DNA of 10,160 nucleotides, taken from assembly GCA_041694835.1 (NCBI GenBank), contig JBGFRZ010000046.1, forward strand, positions 1 to 10,160, in the 5' to 3' direction. The notes beneath the pieces were generated by a model. The model did not search any database. It was given only the letters and a program-made list of their open reading frames with translations, and was not told the DNA's origin. This DNA is from Ignavibacteria bacterium (GTDB taxonomy: Bacteria > Elusimicrobiota > Endomicrobiia > PHAN01). Every line of letters starts with the position of its first letter. Within the stretch, counting starts at the first letter, position 1. The translations under genes and the position numbers were made by a program. This document shows positions 1 through 8,096 of the stretch, piece by piece.

Positions 1-28
1 CAGCGGTATTGCCTAAAAAATGCATAAC

Positions 29-82
29 TTTTCCGAGTGCTGTTCGCTATAGCGTACGGTTTTTGTATTTTCACTCGGAAAA
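29..82. repeat. Nested inverted repeat / stem-loop (possible terminator or sub-terminal hairpin of a mobile element)
   Basis: Perfect 11-bp arms TTTTCCGAGTG (29-39) / CACTCGGAAAA (72-82) enclose an inner palindrome CGCTATAGCG (45-54). The inner palindrome extends to an imperfect stem at 40-59 followed by a T-run. Confidence 0.6.
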
Positions 83-153
83 CATTATATAAAAATGTCT
101 ATTTTTAGTCCAAATCTTACTCAATTACCCAGTTTAATATAGTCGTTACAATC

Positions 154-1404
154 ATGCAAAACAACAATACAAGTTTTTTCCTGGATAAAAATGTGCTTGT
201 CCTATACCCCACGGACGATTATGGCTATTGTGAACGTTTTGAGCCGTGGAAAAAACATATCAAAAAGATTTTTTTGCTGAATTATACCGAGCATTGCCAT
301 CAGAATGGAATAAAACACACGGAGAAACATATAGCAGACACGATTTCCCGCGAAAAAATAGATATATTGATTTGCTGTCCTTATGCCACTGAATATCAGT
401 TGTCCGTTGAATTTTACAATTCCTTAAAGAATAAAACAAAAATTGTTTTCTGGTTCAATGATGACGCAAGTTATTTTGAATCTTACAGCAAATATTATTC
501 TCAAACAGCCAGTGCTGTAGTCACCTCGGATTATTTGGCTGTTTCTTCATATAAAAGGTTAGGGATTCCATCTATAGTAAATATCGAAACAGTTATTAGC
601 AATAAGTTATATCCTGTCGAGGTTGAAAAAGATATTGATGTTTGTTTTATAGGTGATATGCGTAAAAGAGGCAGAAAAGAATATATAAAATTCTTAATGG
701 ATAATGGAATTATTGTAAAAACATTTGGACAGGGCACTATTAATGGTTATCTACCAGGCGATAAAATCTCTGAGTATTATTGCAGGAGTAAAATAAATCT
801 TAATTTTACCCAGATAGCCAAATTAAGTTGGATCAACTATGACGAACCGCTATTAAACAGAATGAAACAAAATAATGGCAGACCAATAGAGATTGCCCTT
901 ACTAAATCATTTTGTCTTTCGGAATATTCTCCATCTTTAGACACATTGTTCATATCGGGAAAAGAAATAGATGTTTTTTGTAATAAAGAAGAATTGCTCC
1001 AAAAGGTGAAGTATTATCTTTCTAATCCTGCAAAACGAGAAGAAATTGCCACAAATGCCTATAAACGTGCTATTGAAAACTACGAACTGAATATTGTTAT
1101 ATTTAATATTCTTAAAAAATTAGCAGAATTGTTAGAAAATCGGAATGCGTTTACAATAGAAACTGATAAAGTATATTTAAGTAATAACTTCAAGAGAAAA
1201 GCAATAAACAGTCTGACATTTTCTATGTATGTAATGCTCAAAAATGGAAAGATAAAGTGCGCCGCCGAAACCTTCCCGCTTTTATTTAAATATGGATTGG
1301 TAAATTCATTAGTCGGTTTTTATGGCGGCGTTATCAGAGTGATACAGAATATGTTCAAAAAAGTTATCTCCGGTACTGCAATAAAGCGATCGGTAAATAT
1401 ATGA
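154..1404 (+). CDS. CgeB-like glycosyltransferase (Glyco_trans_1_2 / GT-B fold)
   Basis: 416-aa ORF. C-terminal half has CgeB-family motifs DIDVCFIG, SKINLNF, GRPIEIA..SFCLSEY and LF..GKEI.VF...EELLQKVKYYLSNPAKREEIA.NAY.RA. Stop overlaps the next start (ATGA 1401-1404). Confidence 0.8.
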   Translation: MQNNNTSFFLDKNVLVLYPTDDYGYCERFEPWKKHIKKIFLLNYTEHCHQNGIKHTEKHIADTISREKIDILICCPYATEYQLSVEFYNSLKNKTKIVFWFNDDASYFESYSKYYSQTASAVVTSDYLAVSSYKRLGIPSIVNIETVISNKLYPVEVEKDIDVCFIGDMRKRGRKEYIKFLMDNGIIVKTFGQGTINGYLPGDKISEYYCRSKINLNFTQIAKLSWINYDEPLLNRMKQNNGRPIEIALTKSFCLSEYSPSLDTLFISGKEIDVFCNKEELLQKVKYYLSNPAKREEIATNAYKRAIENYELNIVIFNILKKLAELLENRNAFTIETDKVYLSNNFKRKAINSLTFSMYVMLKNGKIKCAAETFPLLFKYGLVNSLVGFYGGVIRVIQNMFKKVISGTAIKRSVNI

Positions 1405-2465
1405 AATGCCCCGTCTGTCAAGAAGAAATTGAACCGAAGTTAGTTGAAACATACACCGACTCAATCGCTGGCGGCGAGTATAAAATTTACATCTGCCCGG
1501 TTTGTGAAGTCCAATTCTCTGACCCGATGAAAAATCCTGGACCTGGCTGGTACGAAAAGTGCGAGTTTTACGACGAAGCCGAGAACCCTTCCACCGAAAA
1601 ACTCAACTACAGAATGGCGCCGTTTTTTGATTTAAAACTAACCAAAGGACTAAAATTGCTGGATGTTGGTTGTGGTTTCGGCAATTTTTTACGCGCGGCA
1701 CGTTCGGCGGGTTTCATTTGCACTGGAATAGATTTCAGCCCAAGGCAGATTGCACTTGCAAAAGAGAGGTTGAACCTGAACGATGTCCATGTGGTAAGTT
1801 TGGAAGATTTTGTCAAAAAAGAAAAAAGCAGGAAATTTGATATCATCACTCTTTTCGGAACCCTTGAACACCACAACGCTCCTTCCATGCTTATAGATTT
1901 AGCGTCATCTATGTTAAGCCCCGGCGGATATCTAACTGTCAATGTGCCCAACGATAATAGACCAATTTTTTTTAACCGAAGGGAGAGATGGGACTATCCT
2001 CCCCATCATTTGACTCGGTGGAGCGCTGTATCGCTGGTATCTTTTTTGAAAAACAAGGGGTTTGATGTCATTGTATATAAAGATTCCTTTATTCCTGTAA
2101 GACATATATATAATCAGTTGTTGGGAATCCCACTTGATGTGCTCATAAAAAAAACCGTGTCCGCTTTAAAGTCTAAATTTTTTGCGGCAAGAGTTAATTC
2201 CTCTGATACACCCTTGCACAAACTGATTTCAGAGGACGATGGCCATAATATGATGCTTAAGGGGTTGTTGAAATACAAAAACGTCTATAGAATTCCGATA
2301 AAAATGATACGGTTTGCGGCGCAATTGTTTTCTTTTCCGGTCACGATGCCTATTGCAATTTATTATAAAATCAAGGGTCACTCCGGGTGTGAAATATTTT
2401 GCTTGGTGAGGGTGAGGCAAAAAAATGAAAGTCAGGAAGATGGGAGAATGTCAGCACTTTTTTGA
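1401..2465 (+). CDS. Class I SAM-dependent methyltransferase with N-terminal CxxC..CxxC zinc finger (glycan-cluster type)
   Basis: CPVC...CPVC at the N-terminus, SAM motif I LLDVGCGFG, GIDFS, FDIITLF..LEH, LSPGGYL.V.VPN and DYPPHHL..WS. Confidence 0.88.
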   Translation: MKCPVCQEEIEPKLVETYTDSIAGGEYKIYICPVCEVQFSDPMKNPGPGWYEKCEFYDEAENPSTEKLNYRMAPFFDLKLTKGLKLLDVGCGFGNFLRAARSAGFICTGIDFSPRQIALAKERLNLNDVHVVSLEDFVKKEKSRKFDIITLFGTLEHHNAPSMLIDLASSMLSPGGYLTVNVPNDNRPIFFNRRERWDYPPHHLTRWSAVSLVSFLKNKGFDVIVYKDSFIPVRHIYNQLLGIPLDVLIKKTVSALKSKFFAARVNSSDTPLHKLISEDDGHNMMLKGLLKYKNVYRIPIKMIRFAAQLFSFPVTMPIAIYYKIKGHSGCEIFCLVRVRQKNESQEDGRMSALF

Positions 2466-2607
2466 TAATGATATTCAAATTCATTTATTATTCACCGTTT
2501 CTGCCAAGCACTGTCATTGTGGTTCTCCCGTCATTAGCATACTATCGCAAAAAACAGCGCGAGATTATTTATTGCCATAATTGCAAAGAAACCATGATGT
2601 GTGAAAT

Positions 2608-4080
2608 ATGCGACATAAAAAAGTACTTTTAGCGAATTTAATTTCACACGAGGCACCAAGTTTTAAAAAAAGAGCTGTTCTGAAAGCGGGACTTGGTTAT
2701 ATCGCACAGACGTTATATGACAATCAGGTCGATTATAAAGTGGTTGACTTATCTCTCGGTTACGGGCTTGAACATTTGTTAAAAGAAATATCCAGGTTTA
2801 GCCCCGAATTGGTCGGCATCCCGCTGTCAACATACAGGCATAACGATGCATACAACATTATTCGGCAGATAAAAAAAATTTTTCCGAACATAAAAATTGT
2901 CTGTGGCGGTCCCCATGTATCCACACTTGCCGAAGCAGTGCTGAAGGATTGTCCTGAAATTGATTTTGGTGTCGTCGGGGAAGGCGATGAGACAATAATT
3001 GACCTTTGTTCGGGTATAGACTACAACAAAATTCCGGGACTGATTTATAGAAAAAACGGAGAAGTTTTTGTCAATGAAAAAAGGCCTTATATACAAAATT
3101 TAAATAAACTTAATTTCCCCAGATACATCAATTTTGAACTTGAACACTATCCATTAAGAAATTCACCAATCTCTGAAAGAATTATACCTATTGTAAGTTC
3201 GCGAGGATGCCCATACGACTGTATTTACTGTCCTGTTCAAACGGCAATAGGACAAAAATTTCGTTTCCGGGATGTTTTTGGCATCATCGAAGAGATTGAA
3301 TATTGGTATAATCTTGGCTATCGAAGGTTTTCTTTTGTCGACGACAATTTTTCGCTCCTCCGCGAACGTATTGTAAGTTTATGCGAACAAATAGAAAAAA
3401 ATGGGCTCAAAAATCTTATATTGAGTTTGCCCAACGGCATCCGAGCAGACAAAGTGGATTATGAACTCTTAAAAAAAATGTATTCCGTTGGATTTAAATA
3501 CATCGGGTTGGGGGTAGAAAGCGGCAATGAGCAAATTCTGAAAATTCTCAAAAAACACGAAACCGTTGAAACTATTGACACTGCGATAAAAAATGCCTGT
3601 GAAATCGGCTACTTTGTCGACTTGTATTTTTTGGTGGGCTCGCCGGGTGAGACGGAAAAAGAAGTGATGGATTCGGTAAAATTGGGCTCAAAATATCCGG
3701 TTGATAATGTGTTTTACTTTAATCTGATTCCTTATCCGAAAACAGAACTTTTTGAGTGGATAAAACAAAACGGGCATTTTATTTATCCGCCCGAATACTA
3801 TCTTAACAAAATTCATTCAAATATGGACAAACCGGTTTTTGAAACAAAAGATTTTTCCGTTTCGGCCAGGAAAAAAATGTTAAAATTTGCAAGGGAGTTC
3901 GAGCGAAAAAGAAAATTTGGGCAGTATTTAGAGAAATTAAACACAAAGAATATCACAGGATTTATGGCTTTTATAATCGCGACAATTTACTCTAAACAGA
4001 CAACTCAACGCATTTTTAACGATGTGAAGTTTTTTAGAAAATTAAAACAATGGATACTAAAGAGCCGTTTTTTTCTGTAA
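2608..4080 (+). CDS. Cobalamin-binding radical SAM protein (class B radical SAM methyltransferase-like)
   Basis: N-terminal B12-binding domain motifs (GLGYIA, IVCGGPHVS, VVGEGDE), SRG-CPYDCIYC (CxxxCxxC), FVDDNF, GVESG..QIL and FLVGSPGET. Confidence 0.92.
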   Translation: MRHKKVLLANLISHEAPSFKKRAVLKAGLGYIAQTLYDNQVDYKVVDLSLGYGLEHLLKEISRFSPELVGIPLSTYRHNDAYNIIRQIKKIFPNIKIVCGGPHVSTLAEAVLKDCPEIDFGVVGEGDETIIDLCSGIDYNKIPGLIYRKNGEVFVNEKRPYIQNLNKLNFPRYINFELEHYPLRNSPISERIIPIVSSRGCPYDCIYCPVQTAIGQKFRFRDVFGIIEEIEYWYNLGYRRFSFVDDNFSLLRERIVSLCEQIEKNGLKNLILSLPNGIRADKVDYELLKKMYSVGFKYIGLGVESGNEQILKILKKHETVETIDTAIKNACEIGYFVDLYFLVGSPGETEKEVMDSVKLGSKYPVDNVFYFNLIPYPKTELFEWIKQNGHFIYPPEYYLNKIHSNMDKPVFETKDFSVSARKKMLKFAREFERKRKFGQYLEKLNTKNITGFMAFIIATIYSKQTTQRIFNDVKFFRKLKQWILKSRFFL

Positions 4081-5054
4081 TACTAACCACCTACAACAGG
4101 GCTGAATTACTAAAACAAGCTCTTAATTCGCTTAAACACCAAACATTTGCTGATTGTGAAACATTTATCGTTAACGATGGGTCGACAGATGAAACTTGTA
4201 TGGTCTTCAAGGAATTCTCCGGGCAAAAGAACTGGAATTTCATAGAACTTGAAAAAAATCACGGTCAATACTACTGTAGAAACCTCGCAGTTAAACAATC
4301 AAAAGCAAAATTTGTTACTTTTCTTGATTCAGATGACCTGTGGTTGCCCAACCGACTGGAAGAATTTGCAAAACTTATTGAAAAAAATCCTAATGCAGGA
4401 TTTATCTTTTCTAACGGATACATTATGCAAAATGATATAATAGTTGGAAAATTTTTTGATAAAGGCAGAAAAATTCCAACTGGTAAACTACCACCTTATA
4501 TGGCAATTTCAAACTACTGGCTGCCTTATGTGACGACAAATGTGGCGTTTGTGCGCGATGTAATCAAAAAAACTGGTTATTTCCGCGAAGATATGAGCCA
4601 TCTGGAGGATATGGAGTTGTATGTAAAAATTTTAAAACACTGCGAAGTCAATTATATCGCTGAGCCGTTGTCCGTCTATAGAATTCATTCGCTGACAAAA
4701 GACCCGGCGAGCCTGACACTTAAGTGGGAGAAAGGAATTGAGGACTTTTTAACTGCATTAAAAACAGCGTCGCCCCCACCTGAAGTGGAACGGCGATTGA
4801 AAAATAACGTCTTTTACAATCAGGCGGTTATACTCTTGAAGAATGGTTTCGGCAAAGAGGCAAGGAAATATCTGAATCAGACACCGCTAAAAGGTGCGGC
4901 ATTTGTTTGGTATATTTTGAGTTATATCCCTGTCCCCGTCATTAAGTTATTGCAGAAGTATTATCGAAAACTTCGAAAAATTATTTTTGAATTATCAATT
5001 TCAGCGGAGAACAAATCTGTGCTCAAATACATTGAACAGTTGCAAGATAAATAA
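4050..5054 (+). CDS. Glycosyltransferase family 2 (GT-A)
   Basis: FSVILTTYNRA.LL..AL.SL..QT, VNDGSTD, RNLA, DxD motif FLDSDD, EDMEL and VYRIH. Overlaps the upstream gene by 31 nt. Confidence 0.93.
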   Translation: MDTKEPFFSVILTTYNRAELLKQALNSLKHQTFADCETFIVNDGSTDETCMVFKEFSGQKNWNFIELEKNHGQYYCRNLAVKQSKAKFVTFLDSDDLWLPNRLEEFAKLIEKNPNAGFIFSNGYIMQNDIIVGKFFDKGRKIPTGKLPPYMAISNYWLPYVTTNVAFVRDVIKKTGYFREDMSHLEDMELYVKILKHCEVNYIAEPLSVYRIHSLTKDPASLTLKWEKGIEDFLTALKTASPPPEVERRLKNNVFYNQAVILLKNGFGKEARKYLNQTPLKGAAFVWYILSYIPVPVIKLLQKYYRKLRKIIFELSISAENKSVLKYIEQLQDK

Positions 5055-5056
5055 CC

Positions 5057-5136
5057 ACAACAAATTGCTCAAATTTTGAGGTTGCTTTTTGAGCATAAAA
5101 ACTTACATTTTAGTGGCTCGAATTGATACTATACCC
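5057..5136 (+). mobile_element. Orphan right end of the IS1595-family element (direct repeat of 7410-7489)
   Basis: 80-bp direct repeat of 7410-7489 with 3 mismatches (5081, 5085, 5134). Contains hairpin TGCTCAAA/TTTGAGCA and ends in the TIR (reverse complement GGGTATAGTATCAATTCGAGCCACTAAA). Confidence 0.85.
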
Positions 5137-5182
5137 AAAACAATTTTAGTTATCTGTTTGGGAAAATCACAGGTGAAAATGC

Positions 5183-7168
5183 ATGTGCGGGATAGTTGGT
5201 ATTTATAATTACGGCGGCGATAAGACGGTCGAGGAAAAAATCCTTCGGAAGATGTGCGAAGTTGTTAGGCATCGCGGTCCCGACGATGAAGGATACTTTA
5301 TTAGTGCACAAGAGCACAAGAACACAAGAGCAGCCGCACCGCCTTGCGGCGCTAAACCGGTTGCCATCCACGAGGTACGAGCCACTGGTCACCATCTCGG
5401 TTTGGGGATGAGGCGATTGGCGATTATTGATTTGGAGACAGGCCATCAGCCGATTAGCAATGAAGACAAAACACTCTGGCTTGTCATGAACGGAGAGATT
5501 TATAATTTTCAGGAACTGCAATCCAATTTAGAGAAAAGACATAAATTTTCAACGAAGACAGACACGGAAGTCGTTTTACATTTGTATGAGGATTATGGCG
5601 AAAAATGTGTTGAACACTTGAGGGGGATGTTCGCTTTTGCTATTTGGGATGAAAAAAAACAAAAACTTTTCATAGCAAAAGACCGCCTTGGTGTAAAGCC
5701 GCTCTACTATACTCTGCAAAATGGAAATTTGATTTTTGCGTCGGAAATTAGAGCAATTATTGAATATCTCGGACGAACTCCCGAAATTGATTTAGAGGCA
5801 ATCGATTTATATCTCACTTATCAGTATATCCCATCGCCAAAAACAATTTTTAAGAATATTTTTTCACTTCTCCCCGCACATACACTCACCTGCGACAAGA
5901 ACGGAAATATAGAAACAAAAAAATACTGGTCTATTGATTACAGAAAAAAAACAGATTTATCTTTTGACGATGCGTTAATTAAGACAAGAGAATTATTGCG
6001 AGAGGCGACAAAACTCCGTATGATTTCGGATGTCCCTCTCGGAGCGTTTTTGTCTGGCGGCCACGATTCGAGCATAGTTGTCGGATTAATGAGCGAGTTG
6101 TCGTCTAAGCCGGTCAAAACATTTTCAATCGGATTTGAAGAAGCGGATTTTTCAGAACTTCACTATGCAAAAATCGTCGCAAAACATTTTAAGACGGAAC
6201 ATCACGAATTTATCGTCAAGCCAAACTTTATAGAACTCCTGCCAAAAATCGTTTGGTACTATGGACAACCCTATGCCGACTCTTCCGCTCTTCCGTCGTA
6301 TATCGTGTCTAACGAGACGAAAAAACATGTTACGGTCGCACTCAACGGCGACGGCGGCGACGAAACATTCGGGGGATATTTAAGATATAAAGCAATGAAA
6401 GGTTCGCTCTATTTTTCGTTGCCTTTTCAACTTCTCGGAAAAAACATTACTCAAAAAATAGCGTCCATAATCCCGCGCACAGAAACGACGAAAGGAAAAA
6501 ATGTTTTCAGATATATGTCGCGACTGCTTTCTGCTCTCGCCGAACCGCCAGAAATAAGAAATATCCACTGGCACCGCATTTTTACCAACGAAGCGAAAAA
6601 AAGTTTATATTCTGAAATGTTCAAAGAAAAAATGTATAATAGTCAATACACCTATCTTGCGGAAACATTTAAGAATGCACCAGCGGATAATGTGCTTGAT
6701 AAAACATTCTACACCGACATAATGACATATCTGCCGGAATGCCTCTTGGTAAAAATGGACATCGCGTCAATGGCAAATTCCCTTGAGGCGAGAAGTCCTT
6801 TTCTTGACTATAAAGTTGTGGAGTTTTCCGCTTCTCTGCCTTCTTCCTGGAAGATTCGCGGACTGACGACGAAGTATATTTTAAAAAAAGCGTTTGAAAA
6901 TTTCTTGCCGGGAGAAATCATCAACAGACCCAAGCAGGGCTTTGGGATTCCCGTCGGGAGATGGTTTCGAGGCGATTGGAAAAATTATTTCAGAGAAGTT
7001 GTATTGTCAGACAAAGCGCTGAGCCGAGGATATTTTAGAAAAGAAGCACTCGAACATTTGTTCGAAGAACATACATCAGGCAAAAGAGACCACGGCTATC
7101 GTATGTGGGCATTATTAATACTTGAGTTGTGGCATAGAGTTTATATTGACAAAAGTATAAAAATATAA
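5183..7168 (+). CDS. asnB: Asparagine synthase (glutamine-hydrolysing) family amidotransferase, probably amidating glycan sugars
   Basis: N-terminal MCGI (catalytic Cys2), HRGPDD, RRLAIID, NGEIYN, DRLGVKPL, FLSGGHDSS, NGDGGDE, MANSLEARSPFLD and RPKQGF. SD-like AGGTG at 5171-5175. Confidence 0.95.
   Translation: MCGIVGIYNYGGDKTVEEKILRKMCEVVRHRGPDDEGYFISAQEHKNTRAAAPPCGAKPVAIHEVRATGHHLGLGMRRLAIIDLETGHQPISNEDKTLWLVMNGEIYNFQELQSNLEKRHKFSTKTDTEVVLHLYEDYGEKCVEHLRGMFAFAIWDEKKQKLFIAKDRLGVKPLYYTLQNGNLIFASEIRAIIEYLGRTPEIDLEAIDLYLTYQYIPSPKTIFKNIFSLLPAHTLTCDKNGNIETKKYWSIDYRKKTDLSFDDALIKTRELLREATKLRMISDVPLGAFLSGGHDSSIVVGLMSELSSKPVKTFSIGFEEADFSELHYAKIVAKHFKTEHHEFIVKPNFIELLPKIVWYYGQPYADSSALPSYIVSNETKKHVTVALNGDGGDETFGGYLRYKAMKGSLYFSLPFQLLGKNITQKIASIIPRTETTKGKNVFRYMSRLLSALAEPPEIRNIHWHRIFTNEAKKSLYSEMFKEKMYNSQYTYLAETFKNAPADNVLDKTFYTDIMTYLPECLLVKMDIASMANSLEARSPFLDYKVVEFSASLPSSWKIRGLTTKYILKKAFENFLPGEIINRPKQGFGIPVGRWFRGDWKNYFREVVLSDKALSRGYFRKEALEHLFEEHTSGKRDHGYRMWALLILELWHRVYIDKSIKI
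5307..5395 (+). repeat. Short tandem repeats plus hairpin lying in-frame inside asnB
   Basis: CACAAGAG-CACAAGAA-CACAAGAG (5307-5330), hairpin GCCGCA-6nt-TGCGGC (5333-5350), palindrome AACCGGTT (5355-5362) and degenerate 7-mers CCACGAG-GTACGAG-CCACTGG-TCACCAT (5368-5395). Confidence 0.7.
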
Positions 7169-7198
7169 AACTTTATGAACTGGAAAAAGAAAAAAGTT

Positions 7199-7489
7199 GG
7201 GCATAGTATCATTATAAGCCACCAAATATGTTAAAATGGTGGTATGAAAAACAATATAGTATGTCCTAAATGTTCTTTTAACAAAGCATATAATATCCGA
7301 CGACAGAAGTATCGTTGTTACAATTGCAAGTATGAATGGAAGCCCTATTATTTGCCACTTTATTTGGCTGAATATGTGTGGAGATATAACCATAGAATTT
7401 TACAATTAAACAACAAATTGCTCAAATTTTGAGATTGTTTTTTGAGCATAAAAACTTACATTTTAGTGGCTCGAATTGATACTATATCC
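7199..7489 (+). mobile_element. Internally deleted, non-autonomous IS1595-family element (MITE-like, 291 bp)
   Basis: Imperfect TIRs: left GGGCATAGTATCATTATAAGCCACCAAA (7199-7226) vs reverse complement of right end GGATATAGTATCAATTCGAGCCACTAAA (7462-7489), 21/28 identical. Encloses a transposase remnant. No target-site duplication found. Confidence 0.82.
7244..7432 (+). pseudogene. IS1595-family (ISXO2-like) transposase remnant lacking the DDE core
   Basis: N-terminal Zn ribbon CPKC...YRCYNC is fused directly to the C-terminal signature LPLYLAEYVWRYNHR. Only 62 aa. Confidence 0.8.
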
Positions 7490-7506
7490 TATTTTTTGGA
7501 AAGGAC

Positions 7507-7541
7507 TTGACAAGATGGTTGTAAATATGCTAAAATATAAT
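7507..7541 (+). promoter_or_regulatory. Sigma70-type promoter for the XRE/NTase/MNT-HEPN operon
   Basis: TTGACA (7507-7512), 18 nt, then TGc-TAAAAT (extended -10, 7531-7536), plus overlapping TATAAT (7536-7541) 6 nt before ATG 7548. No SD, so probably a leaderless or near-leaderless mRNA. Confidence 0.65.
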
Positions 7542-7547
7542 AAAGTT

Positions 7548-7736
7548 ATGAAAATTAAGCTAATTGAACAACTTAACAATTACAGGTTAGAAAAAGGATT
7601 ATCTCAAGCAAAACTAGGAAAGATACTTGGTGTTTCTCATGTATCTATCTCTAATTGGTTTATGGGCAAATTTCGTCCTAGTGATATTTGGACTTATCGT
7701 ATAAAAAAATTTCTTTCTAAAAGACGGTTAAAATGA
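7548..7736 (+). CDS. XRE/Cro-family helix-turn-helix transcriptional regulator (62 aa)
   Basis: LNNYRLEKGLSQAKLGKILGVSHVSISNWFMGKFRP matches the HTH_3 pattern. Start placed at ATG 7548 rather than the track's 7476, which lies inside the IS end and upstream of the promoter. Confidence 0.88.
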   Translation: MKIKLIEQLNNYRLEKGLSQAKLGKILGVSHVSISNWFMGKFRPSDIWTYRIKKFLSKRRLK

Positions 7737-8093
7737 ATGACACACTTTGGGGCAAGCCTTTTGACGAAGCGATGAAAGATTTACGCAAAAGAAAAGACGA
7801 ATTATTTGAGCAAGACCTTATTGACGAAAACGAACGCAGGATAAAGCGGGGCGAAAAACCGCTTGATACAGATTGCATTAAAGTCTGGGACTACGCACAG
7901 GACAAGGCGGAAGAAAACAAAAAGATTCCCGCCGTCGCTAAATACGTATAGGAAAAACTCGGATGACGTTGCCAAATGGATTTTGGGGATACTAAAAGCA
8001 AGCAACTTCCCCATCACCAGAGAGAAGGCCGGCTCGGTGATGGCAATGCTTGACAGCGACTTAGTCAAAGACAGGGATTACAAAGGTAAATGA
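7733..8093 (+). pseudogene. Hypothetical protein, apparently one ~119-aa gene split by a +1 frame break at 7949-7952 (ORFs 7733-7951 and 7863-8093)
   Basis: Coupled start (ATGA overlap with the XRE gene). Removing A7950 turns TAG-G into TGG and gives a continuous ORF ...AVAKYV-W-KNSDDVAKWILGILK... ending 3 nt before the next ATG. No recognisable domain. Confidence 0.5.
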
Positions 8094-8096
8094 AAA

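Noticed and set aside
1-25. Possible minus-strand gene start (ATG at 25-23 running off the window)
   Set aside because: Only 8 codons are visible, with no SD and no recognisable motif.
6049-6075. AsnB PP-loop variant SGGHDSS (usually SGGL/IDSS) as a sign of inactivity
   Set aside because: The substitution is at the variable position of SGGxDS, and all other catalytic motifs are intact.
5057-7489. CRISPR array or integron attC interpretation of the 80-bp repeats
   Set aside because: Only two copies 2.3 kb apart, no spacer periodicity and no attC RYYYAAC/GTTRRRY boundaries. The repeat overlaps a transposase 3' end and TIR.
7191-7497. Target-site duplication around the mini-IS
   Set aside because: The flanks AAAAAGTT and TATTTTTT do not match, so a recent clean insertion cannot be claimed.
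7476-7547. Extended N-terminus of the XRE ORF as given in the track
   Set aside because: It starts at a TTG inside the IS right TIR and spans the predicted promoter. ATG 7548 gives a normal-sized HTH protein.
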